Shown here: piece after piece, positions 35,306-47,129 of the stretch
How positions within the stretch are numbered: position 1 is the first letter of the stretch
How the letters are laid out: the number at the start of each line of letters is the position of its first letter
DNA from: an uncultured Noviherbaspirillum sp.
GTDB taxonomy: Bacteria; Pseudomonadota; Gammaproteobacteria; Burkholderiales; Burkholderiaceae_D
NCBI GenBank assembly: GCA_966212545.1
Contig: CBIHRW010000015.1
Coordinates: 514-64,513 of the forward strand
DNA length: 64,000 nt
Direction of reading: 5' to 3'
Program-made: the position numbers and the translations under genes
The notes under the pieces: model-generated
Told to the model about the DNA's origin: nothing
Database searches by the model: none
Seen by the model: only the letters and a program-made list of their open reading frames with translations

Positions 35306-37300
35306 TTAAGCTAAAACCGATTTCACCTTGGCGACGACGTTCTCCGTCGTGAAGCCAAAGTGCTTGAACAGCACACCTGCCGGCGCCGATTCGCCGAAGG
35401 TGTCGATACCCACTACGCCGCCTTCGAGGCCGACGTACTTGTACCAGAAATCAGTCACACCAGCCTCGATGGCGACGCGCGGCAGGCCCTTCGTCAGCAC
35501 GCTGGCTTTGTACGAAGCATCCTGGCGGTCGAACAGGTCGGTGCTCGGCATCGAAACGACGCGTACCGGGATACCCTGCTTGGCCAGTTCGTCGGCGGAC
35601 TTCAGCGCGAGTTCGACTTCAGAACCGGTGGCGATCAAGATGGCCTTGGCGCCTTCCGCGTCGCGCAGCACGTAGCCGCCGCGGTTGATCGCGAGGATCT
35701 GTTCCGGCGTGCGTTCGACGTACGGCAGGTTCTGGCGCGAGAAGATCAACGTAGTCGGTCCGTGACGGCGCGCAACGGCATGTTTCCACGCGATTGCCGA
35801 TTCGACCGTATCGCAGGGACGCCAGTTCTCCAGGTTCGGGATCAGGCGCAGGCTGGACACATGCTCGACCGACTGGTGGGTCGGGCCATCCTCGCCCAGG
35901 CCGATCGAATCGTGCGTGAATACGAAGATCGTGCGAATCTTCATCAGTGCAGCCATGCGGATCGCATTGCGGCTGTAGTCGGAGAAGGTCAGGAAGGTGC
36001 CGCCGAACGGAATGTAGCCGCCGTGCAGCGTGATGCCGTTCATGATCGCGCTCATGCCGAATTCGCGCACACCGTAGTTGATGTGGTTGCCGGCCTTGTC
36101 GGCGCGCACTGCGACGCACTCCTTCCAGTTGGTCAGGTTGGAACCAGTGAGGTCGGCCGAACCGCCGAGCAATTCAGGCAGCGCCGGCGCCAGCGCCTGG
36201 ATGGCGTTCTGGCTGGCTTTACGGGTAGCAATGGTTTCCTTCTTTTCGACGCAGGTCTTGATGTAGGCATCGATCACGTCGTTCAGCTTGCCCGGCAGCT
36301 CGCCCTTCATACGGCGCAGCAGCTCGCCCGCTTCTTGCGGGTAGCGCTCGCTGTAGGCCTTGAACAGCGCGTCCCACTCGCTTTCCAATTTCTGGCCGGA
36401 AGCCTTGGCATCCCATGCGGCATACACGTCGGCCGGGATTTCGAACGGTGCGTGAGGCCAGCCGATCGCTTCGCGGGTAGCGGCAATTTCCTTGTCGCCC
36501 AGTGCGGCGCCGTGCACATCGTGCGTACCGGCCTTGTTCGGGCTGCCCTTGCCGATCACGGTCTTGCAGCAGATCAGGGTCGGTTTGTCGGATTTTTTCG
36601 CGGCTTCGATCGCGGCATCCACGGCGGCGACATTGTGGCCGTCGACGTTGCGGATCACGTTCCAGTTGTAGGCTTCGAAGCGCTTCGGCGTGTCGTCGAT
36701 GAACCAGCCTTCGACGTGCCCGTCGATGGAGATGCCGTTGTCGTCATACAGCGCGATCAGCTTGTTCAGGCGCAGCGCGCCGGCAAACGAGCAGACTTCA
36801 TGCGAAATGCCTTCCATCAGGCAGCCGTCGCCGAGGAAAACATAGGTGTGGTGATTGACCACATCGAATCCGGGCTTGTTGAATTCCGCTGCCAGCAGAC
36901 GCTCCGCGAGTGCCATGCCAACCGCATTGGAAATACCCTGGCCGAGCGGGCCGGTGGTGGTTTCCACGCCGGGGGTGATGTGTACTTCAGGGTGGCCGGC
37001 GGTCTTGGAATGCAGCTGGCGGAAGTTCTTGATCTCCTCCATCGGCAGGTCGTAACCGGTCAGGTGCAGCAGCGCATAGTGCAGCATCGAGCCGTGGCCG
37101 TTGGAGACGACGAAGCGGTCGCGGTCGATCCAGTGCGGATTCGCCGGGTTGTGGCGGTAGTGCTTGGCCCACAAGGCAACGGCGATTTCCGCCATGCCCA
37201 TCGGCATGCCGGGGTGGCCGGAGTTCGCCTTTTGGACTGCGTCCATCGCCAGTGCGCGGATCGCATTGGCCATCGTGCTGGTGGGGAGAGAAGAAGTCAT
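35306..37300 (-). CDS. tkt: Transketolase
   Basis: 664 aa. [25 protein letters not shown], the ThDP motif GDGCLMEG, and the Pyr and C-terminal domains. Confidence 0.92.
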   Translation of the reverse strand: MTSSLPTSTMANAIRALAMDAVQKANSGHPGMPMGMAEIAVALWAKHYRHNPANPHWIDRDRFVVSNGHGSMLHYALLHLTGYDLPMEEIKNFRQLHSKTAGHPEVHITPGVETTTGPLGQGISNAVGMALAERLLAAEFNKPGFDVVNHHTYVFLGDGCLMEGISHEVCSFAGALRLNKLIALYDDNGISIDGHVEGWFIDDTPKRFEAYNWNVIRNVDGHNVAAVDAAIEAAKKSDKPTLICCKTVIGKGSPNKAGTHDVHGAALGDKEIAATREAIGWPHAPFEIPADVYAAWDAKASGQKLESEWDALFKAYSERYPQEAGELLRRMKGELPGKLNDVIDAYIKTCVEKKETIATRKASQNAIQALAPALPELLGGSADLTGSNLTNWKECVAVRADKAGNHINYGVREFGMSAIMNGITLHGGYIPFGGTFLTFSDYSRNAIRMAALMKIRTIFVFTHDSIGLGEDGPTHQSVEHVSSLRLIPNLENWRPCDTVESAIAWKHAVARRHGPTTLIFSRQNLPYVERTPEQILAINRGGYVLRDAEGAKAILIATGSEVELALKSADELAKQGIPVRVVSMPSTDLFDRQDASYKASVLTKGLPRVAIEAGVTDFWYKYVGLEGGVVGIDTFGESAPAGVLFKHFGFTTENVVAKVKSVLA

Positions 37301-37564
37301 GTCAAATCAGGTATGTGGCAGGTCTTGGAGCGGGTTCCGGCTCCACGGGAACCGGAAGATGCAAAGCCCGTTATTTTACCAGACTGAATCAACCGGAATT
37401 ACAATCGGGGGATTCCCTTTGCCAACCCCGCCGATGAACGCCTGCCCCACATCATGCACTCCCCTGCCGCAACCCGCTTTGCGAGGCAGCAATGCGACGC
37501 TATGCATTGCCAGTTTTGAAACAGGATTGCGTCTCCAGAAGCGCCATTCCTGCCGGAATTGAGC

Positions 37565-38290
37565 ATGCCGCGTTTCTATTGCCCCATCCCGCTTGCCATC
37601 GGCGCAGTCGTCACGCTGCCGGATGACATTGCGCGCCACATACATGTCCTCCGGCTGACCGTTGGCGACTCGATCACGCTTTTCAACGGTGAAGGCGGCG
37701 AATACACCGCAACGCTGGTTGCCGTCGACAAGAAGCGCGCCGTGGCCGAGGTCAAGACATTCTCGCCGCGCGAAGCGGAATTGCCCTACTCCGTGACCAT
37801 CGCCCAGGCACTGCCGGAAGGTTCGAAGATCGACTGGATCGTCGAAAAGGCCGTCGAACTCGGCGCGGCGGCACTCCAGCCGATCGCCGCGCAGCGCTGC
37901 GTAGTGCGGCTCTCTGCGGAACGTGCTGCCAAGAAACTTGAACACTGGCGCGGTATCGCTGCCTCTGCGGCGGAGCAAAGCGGGCGCAACCGGCTGCTTC
38001 ATGTCGGTGAACCGGTGGATTTTCACGAATGGATAAGCCAACGGAACTTGCACTCGCGCATCATGCTCTCCCCGCGAGCGGAACAACCGTTGTCCGATTG
38101 GGCGAGGCACCACCCCCCGCAGGCAGTCGCGCTATTGATCGGCCCGGAGGGCGGATTCACCGAGCAGGAGGAGCAGGCCGCCATCAAACACGGCGTCCAG
38201 CCTTTGTCCATCGGCCCGCGCGTCCTGCGCACCGAGACCGCTGCCCTTGCCGCATTAGCGGCATTAAATGCTGTCTGGGGGGAAATTTAA
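37565..38290 (+). CDS. rsmE: 16S rRNA (uracil1498-N3)-methyltransferase
   Basis: The MPRFYC start is typical of RsmE. PUA-like N-domain plus SPOUT C-domain (LLIGPEGGFTEQE). Confidence 0.85.
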   Translation: MPRFYCPIPLAIGAVVTLPDDIARHIHVLRLTVGDSITLFNGEGGEYTATLVAVDKKRAVAEVKTFSPREAELPYSVTIAQALPEGSKIDWIVEKAVELGAAALQPIAAQRCVVRLSAERAAKKLEHWRGIAASAAEQSGRNRLLHVGEPVDFHEWISQRNLHSRIMLSPRAEQPLSDWARHHPPQAVALLIGPEGGFTEQEEQAAIKHGVQPLSIGPRVLRTETAALAALAALNAVWGEI

Positions 38291-38390
38291 CCGCCCTTCA
38301 ATCCGCATCAAACATCAGGCAGATTCCTCACCGGTATGGCACGGTTTCTTCTATGTTGACGGTTTTACCTGCCGCAAGATGAGGTACAAG

Positions 38391-38810
38391 ATGGGAATAC
38401 TCGACAAGGCCATTGAAATGCTTGGTGGCAACCACTTGCCGATGATGGATGCGCGAACGAAGCTGATACAAGCAGCACTCTCTTTGCTCGCAAACAATGG
38501 CCATGCGGGCGGCCTGAACGGCTTGGTCGAGCAATTCAGTCGCGCCGGGCTCGGAAACGTCATTCAATCCTGGATCGGCAGCGGGGAAAACGTGCCGGTC
38601 ACGGGTGAGCAAATCCAGCAGGTCCTGGACCCGAACCAGCTCCACCGGATTGCCGAGGATACCGACATGTCCGAGCCGGAAGCCGCCGCCCAGTTGGGCG
38701 ACATCCTGCCCGACCTCGTGGACAAGCTGACGCCGGCAGGCCACGTGCCGCAGGGCGGATTGGGCAATATGAGCGCGCTGCTCGACCATTTCCTCGGCCG
38801 TTACCATTGA
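38391..38810 (+). CDS. YidB family protein (DUF937)
   Basis: MGILDKAIEMLGG..., GGLNGLVEQFSRAGLGNVIQSWIGSGENVPVTGEQIQQVL and ...LPDLVDKLTP fit the YidB/DUF937 pattern. Confidence 0.7.
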   Translation: MGILDKAIEMLGGNHLPMMDARTKLIQAALSLLANNGHAGGLNGLVEQFSRAGLGNVIQSWIGSGENVPVTGEQIQQVLDPNQLHRIAEDTDMSEPEAAAQLGDILPDLVDKLTPAGHVPQGGLGNMSALLDHFLGRYH

Positions 38811-38852
38811 TGCGATGTTGTGGCGGGGATCAAATATCCGCCACAATGCGCT

Positions 38853-39683
38853 ATGCAATGGCTCAAACAATTATTCAATCGCAGAAAACCGCAGATCCCG
38901 GCACCGCTCTGGCAAGACTGCCTTGAGCGGCTGCCCTTTCTCGCATTCCTGTCCGCACAAGACCTGGAGCGCCTGAAGTCTCTGTGCGAAGACCTGCTTG
39001 ACAGGAAAACTTTCACCGGCGCGGCCGGATTCGAACTGACGGATGAAGTTGCGGTCCTGATCGCCACACAGGCCGCCCTGCCCATCCTGAACCTGACGCT
39101 CGACCTGTACGACGACATGGCGGGCATCATCGTCTACCCGTCGGCATTCATGATCCCGCAAAGCGAGATGGACGAAGCCGGCGTCGTGCATGAATGGCAT
39201 GAACCGGCCTCCGGCGAGGCGGTGCACGCGGGCGGCGCTGTTGTCCTGTCATGGGAAGACGCCCAGGCCTTGGATGCCCCCGGGTACAACGTGGTCATCC
39301 ACGAATTCGCGCACAAGATCGACATGGCGCGCGACGCGGCCAACGGCTGCCCGCCCTTCCTGGCGCGCTACCACGACGACATCAGCCCGGCGCAGTGGAA
39401 AAAGACGTTCTCCGAGGCCTATGAGGACTTTGCCCGGCGCGTGGACGAGTTGGATGCGCAATTGCCGGAAGATTTCGACGACAGCAATCCCAGACACGCG
39501 GCGTTTTACGACGAACTGTTCGGCGACCTGCCGCTCGATCCGTATGCCGCCCGGCATCCGGCGGAATTCTTTGCGGTCGCGTCGGAAGCCTTTTTCGTGC
39601 TTCCCGATCCGTTGGCCGAGGACTATCCCGAGGTCTTCCGGTTGTTGTCGTTGTATTACCGTCAGGATCCCCTGGGTAGGTAA
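38853..39683 (+). CDS. mtfA: MtfA (Mlc titration factor A) / peptidase M90 family protein
   Basis: Collinear with E. coli MtfA as remembered. HEXXH as VVIHEFAHKID, and C-terminal ...PAEFFAVASEAFF...YYRQDP. Confidence 0.75.
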   Translation: MQWLKQLFNRRKPQIPAPLWQDCLERLPFLAFLSAQDLERLKSLCEDLLDRKTFTGAAGFELTDEVAVLIATQAALPILNLTLDLYDDMAGIIVYPSAFMIPQSEMDEAGVVHEWHEPASGEAVHAGGAVVLSWEDAQALDAPGYNVVIHEFAHKIDMARDAANGCPPFLARYHDDISPAQWKKTFSEAYEDFARRVDELDAQLPEDFDDSNPRHAAFYDELFGDLPLDPYAARHPAEFFAVASEAFFVLPDPLAEDYPEVFRLLSLYYRQDPLGR

Positions 39684-39763
39684 AACGGCCTCTTGCGACA
39701 AAGAAAACCCGTGGAAAGCATTTATAATCATAGGTTTTCCGTTAAAACCACGGATCGACCTGC

Positions 39764-40741
39764 ATGAAGGTATTTCGCGGACTTCCCAACGCCGAGTCGC
39801 GGGCGGCATGCGCCCTGACGATCGGCAACTTCGACGGCGTGCATCGCGGCCACCAGGCGCTGCTGGCCCGCGTGCGCGAAGCCGCGACCCGGCTCGGCGT
39901 CGAAGCCGCCGTCATGACCTTCGAACCGCATCCGCGCGAATTCTTCGCCCGCCTGGCCGGCGACCTGTCGAAGGCCCCCACCCGCATCGCCAATCTGCGC
40001 GACAAGCTGCAGTCTCTGGATAACGCCGGCGTCGACCGCGTGATCGTGGAGCATTTCAATGCCCATTTCGCATCGATGTCGCCGGATGATTTCGTCGAGA
40101 AGGTGCTGGTTCAGGGCCTGCATGTGAAATGGCTGATGGTCGGCGAGGATTTCTGCTATGGCTCCAAGCGGGCTGGCAATCTCGCCACGCTGAGAGAAGC
40201 CGGCAAGAAGTACGGTTTCCACGTCGAGGCGCTGCCGACCGTGATGAACGACGGCACGCGCATTTCCTCGTCCGCCGTACGCGCCGCCCTCGCCGCCAGC
40301 GATTTCGCGCTTGCCGCCCAGCTGCTCGGCCATCCATACGCGGTTTCCGGCCACGTCGCCCATGGCAAGAAGCTCGGCCGCACCATCGGTTTCCCGACCA
40401 TGAACCTGCGCGTCGCCCACAAGCGTCCTGCCATTTCGGGCGTCTTCGTGGTAGAGGTGCACGGCCTGGCAGACAAGCCGCTGCCGGGCGTCGCCAGCCT
40501 CGGCGTGCGGCCCACCATCGAGGATGAAGGCCGCGTGCTGCTTGAAACCTATGTGTTCGACTACAACGAGCAGTGCTACGGCAAGGTGGTGCGCGTGGAA
40601 TTCCTGAAGAAGCTGCGCGACGAGGAAAAGTACGTCGACCTGCCGACGCTGACCGCTGCCATCGAACGTGATGCGCAGCAGGCGCGCGATTTATTCAAGG
40701 CGCGCGAAGCCCAGGCGATTTCCGCGACCGACCGAATTTGA
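39764..40741 (+). CDS. ribF: Bifunctional riboflavin kinase / FMN adenylyltransferase
   Basis: [16 protein letters not shown], ...ISSSAVR..., GHVAHGKKLGRTIGFPTMN, E..Y.FD. Confidence 0.9.
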   Translation: MKVFRGLPNAESRAACALTIGNFDGVHRGHQALLARVREAATRLGVEAAVMTFEPHPREFFARLAGDLSKAPTRIANLRDKLQSLDNAGVDRVIVEHFNAHFASMSPDDFVEKVLVQGLHVKWLMVGEDFCYGSKRAGNLATLREAGKKYGFHVEALPTVMNDGTRISSSAVRAALAASDFALAAQLLGHPYAVSGHVAHGKKLGRTIGFPTMNLRVAHKRPAISGVFVVEVHGLADKPLPGVASLGVRPTIEDEGRVLLETYVFDYNEQCYGKVVRVEFLKKLRDEEKYVDLPTLTAAIERDAQQARDLFKAREAQAISATDRI

Positions 40742-40798
40742 CGATCAGACACGTCCCCCAACCTGTTTGATCCACCGATTTTTAAGACTGAAACCATC

Positions 40799-43648
40799 AT
40801 GTCCGAGCAAAAAAACAAGTACCCGGTCAACCTGATCGACACGCCCTTCCCGATGCGCGGCGACCTCGCCAAGCGCGAACCCAAGTGGGTCAAGGAATGG
40901 CAGGAAAAGAAGATCTACCAGCGCATCCGCAAGGCGTCCAAGGGACGTCCGAAGTGGATCCTGCACGACGGCCCGCCGTATGCGAACGGCGACATCCATA
41001 TCGGCCACGCGGTCAACAAGATCCTCAAGGACATGATCGTCAAGGCCCGCAACATGGCGGGCTTCGACGCGCAGTATGTGCCCGGCTGGGACTGCCACGG
41101 CATGCCGATCGAGATCCAGATCGAGAAGCAGTTCGGCAAGCACCTGCCGACCGCCGAAGTGCAGGCCAAGTCGCGCGCTTACGCGAGCGAGCAGATCGAA
41201 CGCCAGAAGAAGGACTTCATCCGCCTCGGCGTGCTCGGCGAATGGGACCGTCCGTACAAGACCATGGACTTCGGGAACGAAGCCGATGAGATCCGCGTGC
41301 TGGGCAAGATCCTCGAGAAGGGCTACGTGTATCGCGGCCTGAAGCCGGTCAACTGGTGCTTCGACTGCGGCTCCGCGCTGGCGGAAGCGGAAGTGGAATA
41401 CCAGGACAAGCGCGACCCGGCGATCGACGTCGGCTTCCCGTTTGCCGAACACGACAAGCTCGCCCACGCCTTCGGCCTCGACAAGCTGCCGACCAACAAG
41501 GGCTATGCGGTGATCTGGACCACCACACCGTGGACCATTCCCGCCAACCAGGCGCTGAACGTGCATCCGGACCACCGCTATGCGCTGGTACAGACCGAGC
41601 GCAACGGCGAGACCATCCTGCTGCTGCTCGCGGCAGAGCTCGTTGCCGCCTGCCTGCAGCGCTACGGCCTGGAAGGCAAGATCATCGCGACCTGCGGCGG
41701 CGAAGCGCTGTCGATGATCAAGTTCAAGCATCCGTTCGCGGACGCGGACAAGGGCTATGACCGCCACTCCCCGATTTATGTCGGCGACTATGTGACGCTC
41801 GACACCGGTACCGGCATCGTGCACTCCGCACCGGCATACGGCCTGGACGACTTCGTGTCCTGCAAGTCGCACGGCATGACCGACGATGAAATCCTGAAGC
41901 CGGTGATGGGCGACGGCAAGTACGCGTCCTGGCTACCCTTCTTCGGCGGCATGACGATCTGGGAAGCCTCCAAGCCGATCTGCGCGAAGCTGGAAGAAGT
42001 CGGCTCACTGTTCAAGCTGGTGATGTTCGACCATAGCTACATGCACTGCTGGCGCCACAAGTCGCCGATCATCTACCGCGCGACCTCGCAATGGTTCGCC
42101 GGCATGGACGTGACGCCGAAAGATGGCGGCAAGAGCCTGCGTGAAACCGCACTGGCCGGTGTCGAAGCGACTGCCTTCTACCCGAGCTGGGGCAAGGCCC
42201 GCCTGCACGGCATGATCGCCAACCGCCCGGACTGGACCCTGTCGCGACAGCGCCAATGGGGCGTGCCAATGGCCTTCTTCGTGCACAAGGAAACCGGCGA
42301 ACTGCATCCGCGCACGCCGGAACTGCTCGAAGCCGTGGCCAAGCTGGTTGAGAAGAGCGGCATCGAGGCCTGGCAGGCGCTCGATCCGAAGGACCTGCTC
42401 GGCGCCGATGCCGAGATGTATGTGAAGAACAAGGACACGCTGGATGTGTGGTTCGATTCCGGCTCCACACACCAGACCGTGCTGCGCGGCTCGCATGCCG
42501 ACGAGTCTCATTTCCCGGCCGACCTCTACCTGGAAGGCTCGGACCAGCACCGCGGCTGGTTCCACTCCTCGCTGCTGACCTCGTCCATGACCGATGGCCA
42601 GCCGCCCTACAAGGCGCTGCTCACCCACGGTTTCGTGGTTGACGGCGAAGGCAAGAAGATGTCCAAGTCCAAGGGCAACGTGGTCGCGCCGCAGAAGGTG
42701 TCCGACACGCTGGGTGCGGAAATCCTGCGTCTGTGGGTGGCTTCCACTGATTATTCAGGCGAACTGTCGATCTCCGACGAGATCCTCAAGCGCGTGGTGG
42801 AAGCCTACCGCCGCATCCGCAATACGCTACGATTCCTGCTGGCCAACACCTCCGACTTCGACCCGAAGACGGATGCGGTGCCGGTGGCCGAACTGCTCGA
42901 GATTGACCGCTACGCGATCGCGCGCATGGCGCAGCTGCAGGGCGAAATCCTGCAGCACTTCGAAGGATTCGAGTTCCATCCGGTGGTCGCCAAGCTGCAG
43001 ATGTACTGCTCGGAAGACCTTGGTGGCTTCTATCTCGACATCCTGAAGGACCGTCTCTACACCTGCGGCACGACCTCCAAGGCGCGCCGCTCCGCCCAAA
43101 CCGCGATCTGGCACATTACGCACGCGCTGCTGCGCGTGATGGCGCCGATGCTGTCCTTCACGGCGGAAGAGGCATGGGCGGTCTTCGCAGGCGCGGAAGG
43201 TTACTCGGAAAGCGACGAAACCATCTTCACCCAAACCTACTACACGCTCCCGGAAGTAGCGGACGGCGCCGCACTGCTGGACAAGTTCTCGGCACTGCGC
43301 GAGCTGCGTGCCGAAGTGACCAAGCAGTTGGAGGAAGTGCGCGTTGCCGGGGGCATCGGCTCGTCCTTGCAGGCGGAAGTCGAGATCAAGGCCAGCGGCG
43401 ACAAGTTCGCGTTGCTCGAAAGCCTGGGCGAGGACCTGAAATTCGTCTTCATCACCTCGCAGGCAAAGGTCACGAAGGTTGCCAGCGAAGCGGAAGAAGG
43501 CGTCGTCGTCACGCCGTCGTCGCACCAGAAGTGCGAACGCTGCTGGCACTATCGCGCGGATGTGGGCACGCATGCCGACCATTCGGGCATTTGCGGCCGC
43601 TGCGTGAGCAACCTGTTTGGTGAAGGCGAAGCACGCCAATTTGCTTAA
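40799..43648 (+). CDS. ileS: Isoleucine--tRNA ligase
   Basis: 949 aa. HIGH motif ([12 protein letters not shown]), KMSKS, and a C-terminal zinc-finger Cys pairs (CERCWHY...CGRC). Confidence 0.95.
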   Translation: MSEQKNKYPVNLIDTPFPMRGDLAKREPKWVKEWQEKKIYQRIRKASKGRPKWILHDGPPYANGDIHIGHAVNKILKDMIVKARNMAGFDAQYVPGWDCHGMPIEIQIEKQFGKHLPTAEVQAKSRAYASEQIERQKKDFIRLGVLGEWDRPYKTMDFGNEADEIRVLGKILEKGYVYRGLKPVNWCFDCGSALAEAEVEYQDKRDPAIDVGFPFAEHDKLAHAFGLDKLPTNKGYAVIWTTTPWTIPANQALNVHPDHRYALVQTERNGETILLLLAAELVAACLQRYGLEGKIIATCGGEALSMIKFKHPFADADKGYDRHSPIYVGDYVTLDTGTGIVHSAPAYGLDDFVSCKSHGMTDDEILKPVMGDGKYASWLPFFGGMTIWEASKPICAKLEEVGSLFKLVMFDHSYMHCWRHKSPIIYRATSQWFAGMDVTPKDGGKSLRETALAGVEATAFYPSWGKARLHGMIANRPDWTLSRQRQWGVPMAFFVHKETGELHPRTPELLEAVAKLVEKSGIEAWQALDPKDLLGADAEMYVKNKDTLDVWFDSGSTHQTVLRGSHADESHFPADLYLEGSDQHRGWFHSSLLTSSMTDGQPPYKALLTHGFVVDGEGKKMSKSKGNVVAPQKVSDTLGAEILRLWVASTDYSGELSISDEILKRVVEAYRRIRNTLRFLLANTSDFDPKTDAVPVAELLEIDRYAIARMAQLQGEILQHFEGFEFHPVVAKLQMYCSEDLGGFYLDILKDRLYTCGTTSKARRSAQTAIWHITHALLRVMAPMLSFTAEEAWAVFAGAEGYSESDETIFTQTYYTLPEVADGAALLDKFSALRELRAEVTKQLEEVRVAGGIGSSLQAEVEIKASGDKFALLESLGEDLKFVFITSQAKVTKVASEAEEGVVVTPSSHQKCERCWHYRADVGTHADHSGICGRCVSNLFGEGEARQFA

Positions 43649-43656
43649 CCGTATCA

Positions 43657-43720
43657 TCACTCCCGCGCAGGCACGAAAACAGCGGCCGTCGGCCCAGTTT
43701 TTCTGCCTGCGCGGGAGTGA
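43657..43720 (+). repeat. 64-nt near-perfect hairpin (17-bp perfect inverted repeat plus internal pairing) between ileS and lspA
   Basis: Left arm tcactcccgcgcaggca (43657..43673) is the exact reverse complement of tgcctgcgcgggagtga (43704..43720). The 30-nt spacer is itself self-complementary (gaaaac/gttttc, ggcc/ggcc). It is followed by ctttta. Confidence 0.7.
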
Positions 43721-43739
43721 CTTTTATAGAAGACCCCAT

Positions 43740-44249
43740 ATGGCAAAGCAAAAGAGTTTCAAGAACCTGTCCGCGAGCCCGAGCAACAGCATGGCCCCAT
43801 GGCTCGGTATCGCTGTCATCATCGTCCTGCTCGACCAGGTCACAAAAGTCACCATCGCCCGCATCTTCAGCTACGGCGAATCGCTGGCGGTCACGTCGTT
43901 CTTCAATCTGGTGCGCGCCCACAACAAGGGGGCAGCATTCAGTTTCCTTGCCACCGAGTCCGGTTGGCAGCGTTATTTCTTCACTGGCATCGCCATTGCT
44001 GCAGTCGTGTTCATTCTCTACCTGCTGAAACGCCACGCCGGACAGAGGCTGTTCTGCTGGGCGCTCGCGCTGATCCTCGGCGGCGCCATCGGCAACCTGA
44101 TCGACCGCGTGCTGTATGGCTACGTGATCGATTTCCTCGATTTCTACGTCGGCAGATGGCACTGGCCGGCCTTCAATGTCGCCGACATGGCGATCGTCGG
44201 CGGCGCCGGGTTGTTCATCCTGGATGAATTACGGCGGGTCGGGAAATAA
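43740..44249 (+). CDS. lspA: Lipoprotein signal peptidase (signal peptidase II)
   Basis: LDQVTK..., [35 protein letters not shown]. Confidence 0.9.
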   Translation: MAKQKSFKNLSASPSNSMAPWLGIAVIIVLLDQVTKVTIARIFSYGESLAVTSFFNLVRAHNKGAAFSFLATESGWQRYFFTGIAIAAVVFILYLLKRHAGQRLFCWALALILGGAIGNLIDRVLYGYVIDFLDFYVGRWHWPAFNVADMAIVGGAGLFILDELRRVGK

Positions 44250-44296
44250 GTCCCGAACGCAACTGTTACACTAGCGCGGTCAAATCAGGAGGCCCC

Positions 44297-45487
44297 ATGG
44301 ATCTCGCCGGAAAAAAGATCGTCCTCGGAATGACCGGAGGCATCGCCTGCTACAAGGTTGCGGAGCTTACCCGCGGCCTGACCAAGGCGGGCGCAACAGT
44401 GCAGGTCGTCATGACGCAGTCGGCAACACAGTTCATCACGCCGATCACGATGCAGGCCTTGTCAGGCCGTCCCGTCTATACCGACCAATGGGATGCGCGC
44501 ATCGACAACAACATGGCGCACATCGACCTGACACGCGATGCCGATGCAGTCGTCATCGCGCCCTGCTCCACTGATTTCATGTTCAAACTGGCCCATGGCG
44601 CGTGCGACGACCTGCTGTCGACGCTGTGCGTGGCGCGCCCCATGACCATGCCGTTGCTGATCGCCCCCGCCATGAATGTGGAGATGTGGCAGAACCCGGC
44701 AACACAGCGCAATCTCGCGCAAATCAAGGCCGACGGCATTGCTGTCCTGGGTCCGGACGCGGGCGACCAGGCTTGCGGCGAAACCGGCATGGGCCGCATG
44801 CTGGAACCGGAACAGTTGCTGGAAGAAGTAATTGCCTCGTTCCAGCCCAAGCGCCTGGCAGGCAAGCGTGTCCTCGTGACCGCAGGCCCGACCTTCGAAC
44901 CGATCGACCCGGTGCGCGGCATCACCAATCTCTCGTCCGGCAAGATGGGTTATGCCATCGCCCGCGCGGCTCGCGAAGCCGGTGCGGATGTGTGCCTCGT
45001 ATCCGGTCCGACAGCCCTGGACGCACCCTACGGTGTCCATCGCATCAATGTGCAGACCGCGCAGCAGATGCATGACGTGGTGATGTCGCACGCAAGCGGA
45101 CAGGACGTCTTCATCGCGGTCGCTGCCGTCGCCGACTGGCGCGTGGTCAACGCGAGCGAACAGAAGCTGAAAAAGAACGGCCAGGGCGACGTGCCGCAAT
45201 TGCAGTTCGAGCAGAACCCCGACATCCTCGCGTCAGTCGCCGCGTTGCCCAAACGCCCCTACTGTGTCGGCTTTGCCGCCGAATCGGAGAACCTGCTGCA
45301 GTACGGGGAAGAGAAACGCAAGAAGAAGGGCATTCCACTCCTCATCGGGAACATCGGCCACCAGACCTTCGGCAAGGATGAGAACGAACTGGTGCTGTTC
45401 GACGACAAAGGCAACCGGCGCATCGCGCGCGCAGCAAAGCAGAACCTTGCGCGGCAACTGATCGCCGAGATCGCCGCACGACTCTGA
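44297..45487 (+). CDS. coaBC: Bifunctional phosphopantothenoylcysteine decarboxylase / phosphopantothenate--cysteine ligase
   Basis: [48 protein letters not shown]. Confidence 0.92.
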   Translation: MDLAGKKIVLGMTGGIACYKVAELTRGLTKAGATVQVVMTQSATQFITPITMQALSGRPVYTDQWDARIDNNMAHIDLTRDADAVVIAPCSTDFMFKLAHGACDDLLSTLCVARPMTMPLLIAPAMNVEMWQNPATQRNLAQIKADGIAVLGPDAGDQACGETGMGRMLEPEQLLEEVIASFQPKRLAGKRVLVTAGPTFEPIDPVRGITNLSSGKMGYAIARAAREAGADVCLVSGPTALDAPYGVHRINVQTAQQMHDVVMSHASGQDVFIAVAAVADWRVVNASEQKLKKNGQGDVPQLQFEQNPDILASVAALPKRPYCVGFAAESENLLQYGEEKRKKKGIPLLIGNIGHQTFGKDENELVLFDDKGNRRIARAAKQNLARQLIAEIAARL

Positions 45488-45548
45488 TCTGTATCTTTTT
45501 GTAATGCCCGTCCTGCATGGCGGGTGCATCACTTTATCCTTATCGCCA

Positions 45549-45998
45549 ATGAAACAAATCGACGTCAAAATCCTCGACCCACGCATGAAGGAACAATTGC
45601 CGGCCTATGCCACCAGCGGCAGCGCCGGACTCGATCTGCGGGCCTGCATCGATGCGCCGCTGACCATCAAGCCGGGCGAGACCCACCTGGTTCCCACCGG
45701 ACTGGCAATCCATATCGCCGACCCCGGCTATGCAGCGATGATCCTGCCGCGCAGCGGCATGGGCCACAAGCACGGCATCGTGCTGGGCAACCTGGTCGGC
45801 CTGATCGACTCGGACTACCAGGGCCAGCTGATGGTCTCCACCTGGAATCGCGGGCAGACGGAATTCACGCTCAATCCGATGGAACGCCTGGCGCAACTCG
45901 TGATCGTGCCTGTCCTTCAGGTCGGATTCAATGTCGTGGAGGAGTTTGACAGCAGCGAACGGGGTGCCGGCGGTTTCGGCAGCACGGGCAAACACTAA
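45549..45998 (+). CDS. dut: dUTP diphosphatase
   Basis: [12 protein letters not shown]..., [46 protein letters not shown]. Confidence 0.92.
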   Translation: MKQIDVKILDPRMKEQLPAYATSGSAGLDLRACIDAPLTIKPGETHLVPTGLAIHIADPGYAAMILPRSGMGHKHGIVLGNLVGLIDSDYQGQLMVSTWNRGQTEFTLNPMERLAQLVIVPVLQVGFNVVEEFDSSERGAGGFGSTGKH

Positions 45999-46013
45999 AC
46001 GAGGGAGATACGG

Positions 46014-47129
46014 ATGTCGGGCATTTTTCGCAACGAGCTGATTCAACTGACGCGGCAGGCCGTGCAGAAACGTTTCATGTTGCTGCCAGCGTCGCTGCTG
46101 ATGGTTGCATGTGCCACACCTGTTTCCCCGCCCTCCGGCGACGCACCGTCCACTGCACCGGCAAGCCCTGCGGCTGCGCCGGCCAAGCCATCCGCCACCG
46201 GCGCGGAGCAGCAGGCCCTGCAGACCATGGTATCGATGCAGGACCGCTTGTATCGCGTCGCCGCGCCGCTATTGGTCAATAACACCGAACTGTGCAAGAA
46301 GAACGCACGCAACCTGCTGGGCTTCACCGCAAAGAACCGCTATTCCTATTCGGGCGAGTTTGCAAACGCTGCGCAGAAATCGCTCGGTCTCGACGACCGG
46401 CTGCAAGTGATGGGCGTTCTCGCGGGCGGGGGCGCAGCGCGCGCGGGGGTGAAGCACGGCGACATCCTGCTGGCGGTCGATGACAAGCCCCTCCCCAAGG
46501 GAGAAACCGCGGAGCGCGACGCGGCGGCCATCCTCGCGCCGATGATGAGCGGGCGCTCGAACATCGCACTGACTGTCCTGCGCGACGGATCACGCGTGTC
46601 GCTGAACGTGCCGCTCACCTACGCCTGCGCGTTTGGCATCGAACTGGGCAATACCGACAACGTCACCGCCTATGCGGACGGCCATCGCATCCTCGTCACG
46701 CGCGGGATGCTGAATGCAACGCGCACGGATGACGAACTCGCTTACGTGCTGGCCAAGGAAATGGCGCACAACGCGCTGTCGCACGCAACGAAGCAACGCA
46801 CCAGCGCGACCATCGGCGGCATTATCGACAACCTCACGCGCATCCGTCCGGACATGAGCACGATGAGCGGAATGGCGGGCTTGCGTCCGATGCCGCAGGA
46901 TCTCGATGCGATGGCGGACAAACTGTCGATCTACATGCTCGCGCGCGCCGGCTACAACATCGACCAGGTCGCGCCGTTCTGGCAGCGCATGGCGAGCCAG
47001 TATCCGGCTAATGTACTGAATGGTTACACCGCGCTCCATCCGTCCACCAATTATCGTGTCGCAGCGATGGAAAAGGCGATCAAGGACATTCGTTCCAAGC
47101 AGGCGCGCAAGAAGCCGCTGATGCCATGA
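46014..47129 (+). CDS. M48-like lipoprotein with inserted PDZ domain; zinc motif degenerate (KEMAH)
   Basis: GGGAGA RBS and lipobox LLMVAC. PDZ-like GVKHGDILLAVDDKPL. The M48 helix reads YVLAKEMAHNALSH where HEXXH is expected. Confidence 0.7.
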   Translation: MSGIFRNELIQLTRQAVQKRFMLLPASLLMVACATPVSPPSGDAPSTAPASPAAAPAKPSATGAEQQALQTMVSMQDRLYRVAAPLLVNNTELCKKNARNLLGFTAKNRYSYSGEFANAAQKSLGLDDRLQVMGVLAGGGAARAGVKHGDILLAVDDKPLPKGETAERDAAAILAPMMSGRSNIALTVLRDGSRVSLNVPLTYACAFGIELGNTDNVTAYADGHRILVTRGMLNATRTDDELAYVLAKEMAHNALSHATKQRTSATIGGIIDNLTRIRPDMSTMSGMAGLRPMPQDLDAMADKLSIYMLARAGYNIDQVAPFWQRMASQYPANVLNGYTALHPSTNYRVAAMEKAIKDIRSKQARKKPLMP

